From: Candidatus Sulfomarinibacteraceae bacterium
GTDB lineage: Bacteria; Acidobacteriota; Thermoanaerobaculia; Thermoanaerobaculales; Sulfomarinibacteraceae
Length of the DNA stretch: 64,000 nt
NCBI GenBank assembly: GCA_963796455.1
Contig: CAWCLO010000004.1
Span: 384,001 to 448,000, forward strand
Reading direction: 5' to 3'
Part shown: in pieces, positions 62,752-64,000 of the stretch
Position numbering within the stretch: the first letter of the stretch is position 1
Layout: the number at the start of each line of letters is the position of its first letter
Notes under the pieces: generated by a model
Told to the model about the DNA's origin: nothing
The model's database searches: none
Seen by the model: only the letters and a program-made list of their open reading frames with translations
Translations under genes and position numbers: made by a program

Positions 62752-63606
62752 GTGACAAAAACGATCGAAACGATCAGTCGTCAAAAGTGCCACGAAGGGA
62801 CCCAAGGCTTCTACCGCCATCGTTCCACCGCGACCGGGACCGAAATGCGGTTTGCGGTCTTTGTTCCTCCCCAGGCTGAGGAACACCGGGTGCCCGCGCT
62901 CTACTTTCTGGCCGGTCTGACCTGCACCGAGGAGACCGCAACGATCAAAGCCGGGGCCCAGGTCTACGCGGCCAAACGCGGAATCATGTTGGTGATGCCC
63001 GACACCAGCCCGCGTGGAGTAGGCATTGCCGGCGAGGATGACAACTGGGACTTTGGCACCGGCGCCGGTTTCTATCTCGATGCGACCGTCGAGCCCTGGG
63101 CAGCCAATTACCGTATGAAAAGCTACGTAGTGGATGAACTTCGTCAACTGATCAACGAATGCTTCCCCGCCAAGGCGGAAGCCACCGGGATCTGCGGCCA
63201 CTCCATGGGCGGTCACGGCGCCCTGACTCTGGCATTGACCAACCCTGAAATCTATCGCTCGGTTTCCGCTTTTGCACCAATCTGCGCACCGCGCAGATGT
63301 CCGTGGGGCATCAAGGCCTTCGGGGGCTACCTGGGCGACGACAATGAATCGTGGCGCTCACACGATGCAACCGAATTGGTGCGTACGGGCAGACGACAGA
63401 GCCCGATCCTGATCGATCAGGGCGAGGATGACCAATTCCTATTGGAGCAACTTCATCCGCGTGAATTCGCTCAAGTCTGTGCGGAGGGTGGACAGGAGGT
63501 CGAATTGCGGATGCATCCGGGCTATGACCACAGCTATTTTTTTATCCAGACGTTTATTGCCGACCATATTGATCACCACGCGGGAATCCTGTTGCGAGAG
63601 AGTTGA
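62752..63606 (+). CDS. fghA: S-formylglutathione hydrolase
   Basis: LAGLTC, PDTSPRG, GAGFYLDAT, GHSMGGHG, DQG and GYDHSYFF motifs. Confidence 0.96.
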   Translation: MTKTIETISRQKCHEGTQGFYRHRSTATGTEMRFAVFVPPQAEEHRVPALYFLAGLTCTEETATIKAGAQVYAAKRGIMLVMPDTSPRGVGIAGEDDNWDFGTGAGFYLDATVEPWAANYRMKSYVVDELRQLINECFPAKAEATGICGHSMGGHGALTLALTNPEIYRSVSAFAPICAPRRCPWGIKAFGGYLGDDNESWRSHDATELVRTGRRQSPILIDQGEDDQFLLEQLHPREFAQVCAEGGQEVELRMHPGYDHSYFFIQTFIADHIDHHAGILLRES

Positions 63607-63704
63607 CCGGGAGCGGCCGCGGCCGGCAGGCACCTCGTATCCCTTGACCGTCTCGAAGACACCGGGGACAATGTAAATGGCCCTCACGCTTCGGCGGGAA
63701 GAAA

Positions 63705-64000
63705 ATGAAGATTCCACTACTTGTGAAAAAGTTTCTCAAATTGGCCTTTTTTTTGGTCTTTGTTTTGTCTGTTTCTTTTGGAATATTTGAGTTCCTCGCG
63801 AGGATGGGTTTGTACGAACCCAATATCAAGATGTACGACTATACGATTCTTTTTGATAAAGAACGTCTTTTCTACATCAAAGCAAATTGTGCCCCTGATA
63901 TCAATGAAATGGGTTATCGAGGATCTTCGTTTGTCGAAGAAGAAAATGCTCATCGAAAACGAATTCTCTTTTTAGGTGACTCATTCATCATGGGCCACAA
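63705..64000 (+). CDS. SGNH/GDSL hydrolase family protein, truncated by the right window edge, low GC
   Basis: Not in the ORF track. Manual translation gives MKIPLLVKKFLKLAFFLVFVLSVSFGIFEFLARMG...INEMGYRG...KRILFLGDSFIMGH. Confidence 0.85.
   Translation, partial: MKIPLLVKKFLKLAFFLVFVLSVSFGIFEFLARMGLYEPNIKMYDYTILFDKERLFYIKANCAPDINEMGYRGSSFVEEENAHRKRILFLGDSFIMGH

Overview
A 64 kb, roughly 60% GC chromosomal segment. It most likely comes from an Acidobacteriota bacterium (Thermoanaerobaculia-like), inferred from an acidobacterial VWA protein, kinase-propeller fusions and lineage-typical C-terminal tags. About 40 CDSs are present, dominated by secreted and envelope proteins: two TonB-dependent receptors (each behind a sigma-54-type promoter), peptidases (M20, M28, M55, aspartyl-PDZ, tricorn), TPR proteins, two Ser/Thr kinase fusions, two secreted atypical kinase-like proteins, a GH44 glycosidase and a ~2170 aa repeat-rich surface protein. 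Also present are glpT, the frmA/fghA formaldehyde-detoxification pair and the start of a low-GC region at the right edge. I saw no rRNA, tRNA, CRISPR array, transposase or integrase. Most notable: (1) two inverted copies of a ~400 bp non-coding element with terminal inverted repeats, an apparent 9 bp target duplication and a conserved, strand-specific folded core; (2) between them, a tightly coupled DUF2231 / acyl-CoA dehydrogenase / metal-ribbon-DUF2231 operon with no ETF genes; (3) a 1457 aa secreted TPR protein with a toxin-like layout ending in a putative nucleotidyltransferase-like motif. Six single-base frameshifts in four otherwise intact genes most likely reflect sequencing or assembly indels. 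Family names come from motif recognition, not database searches.
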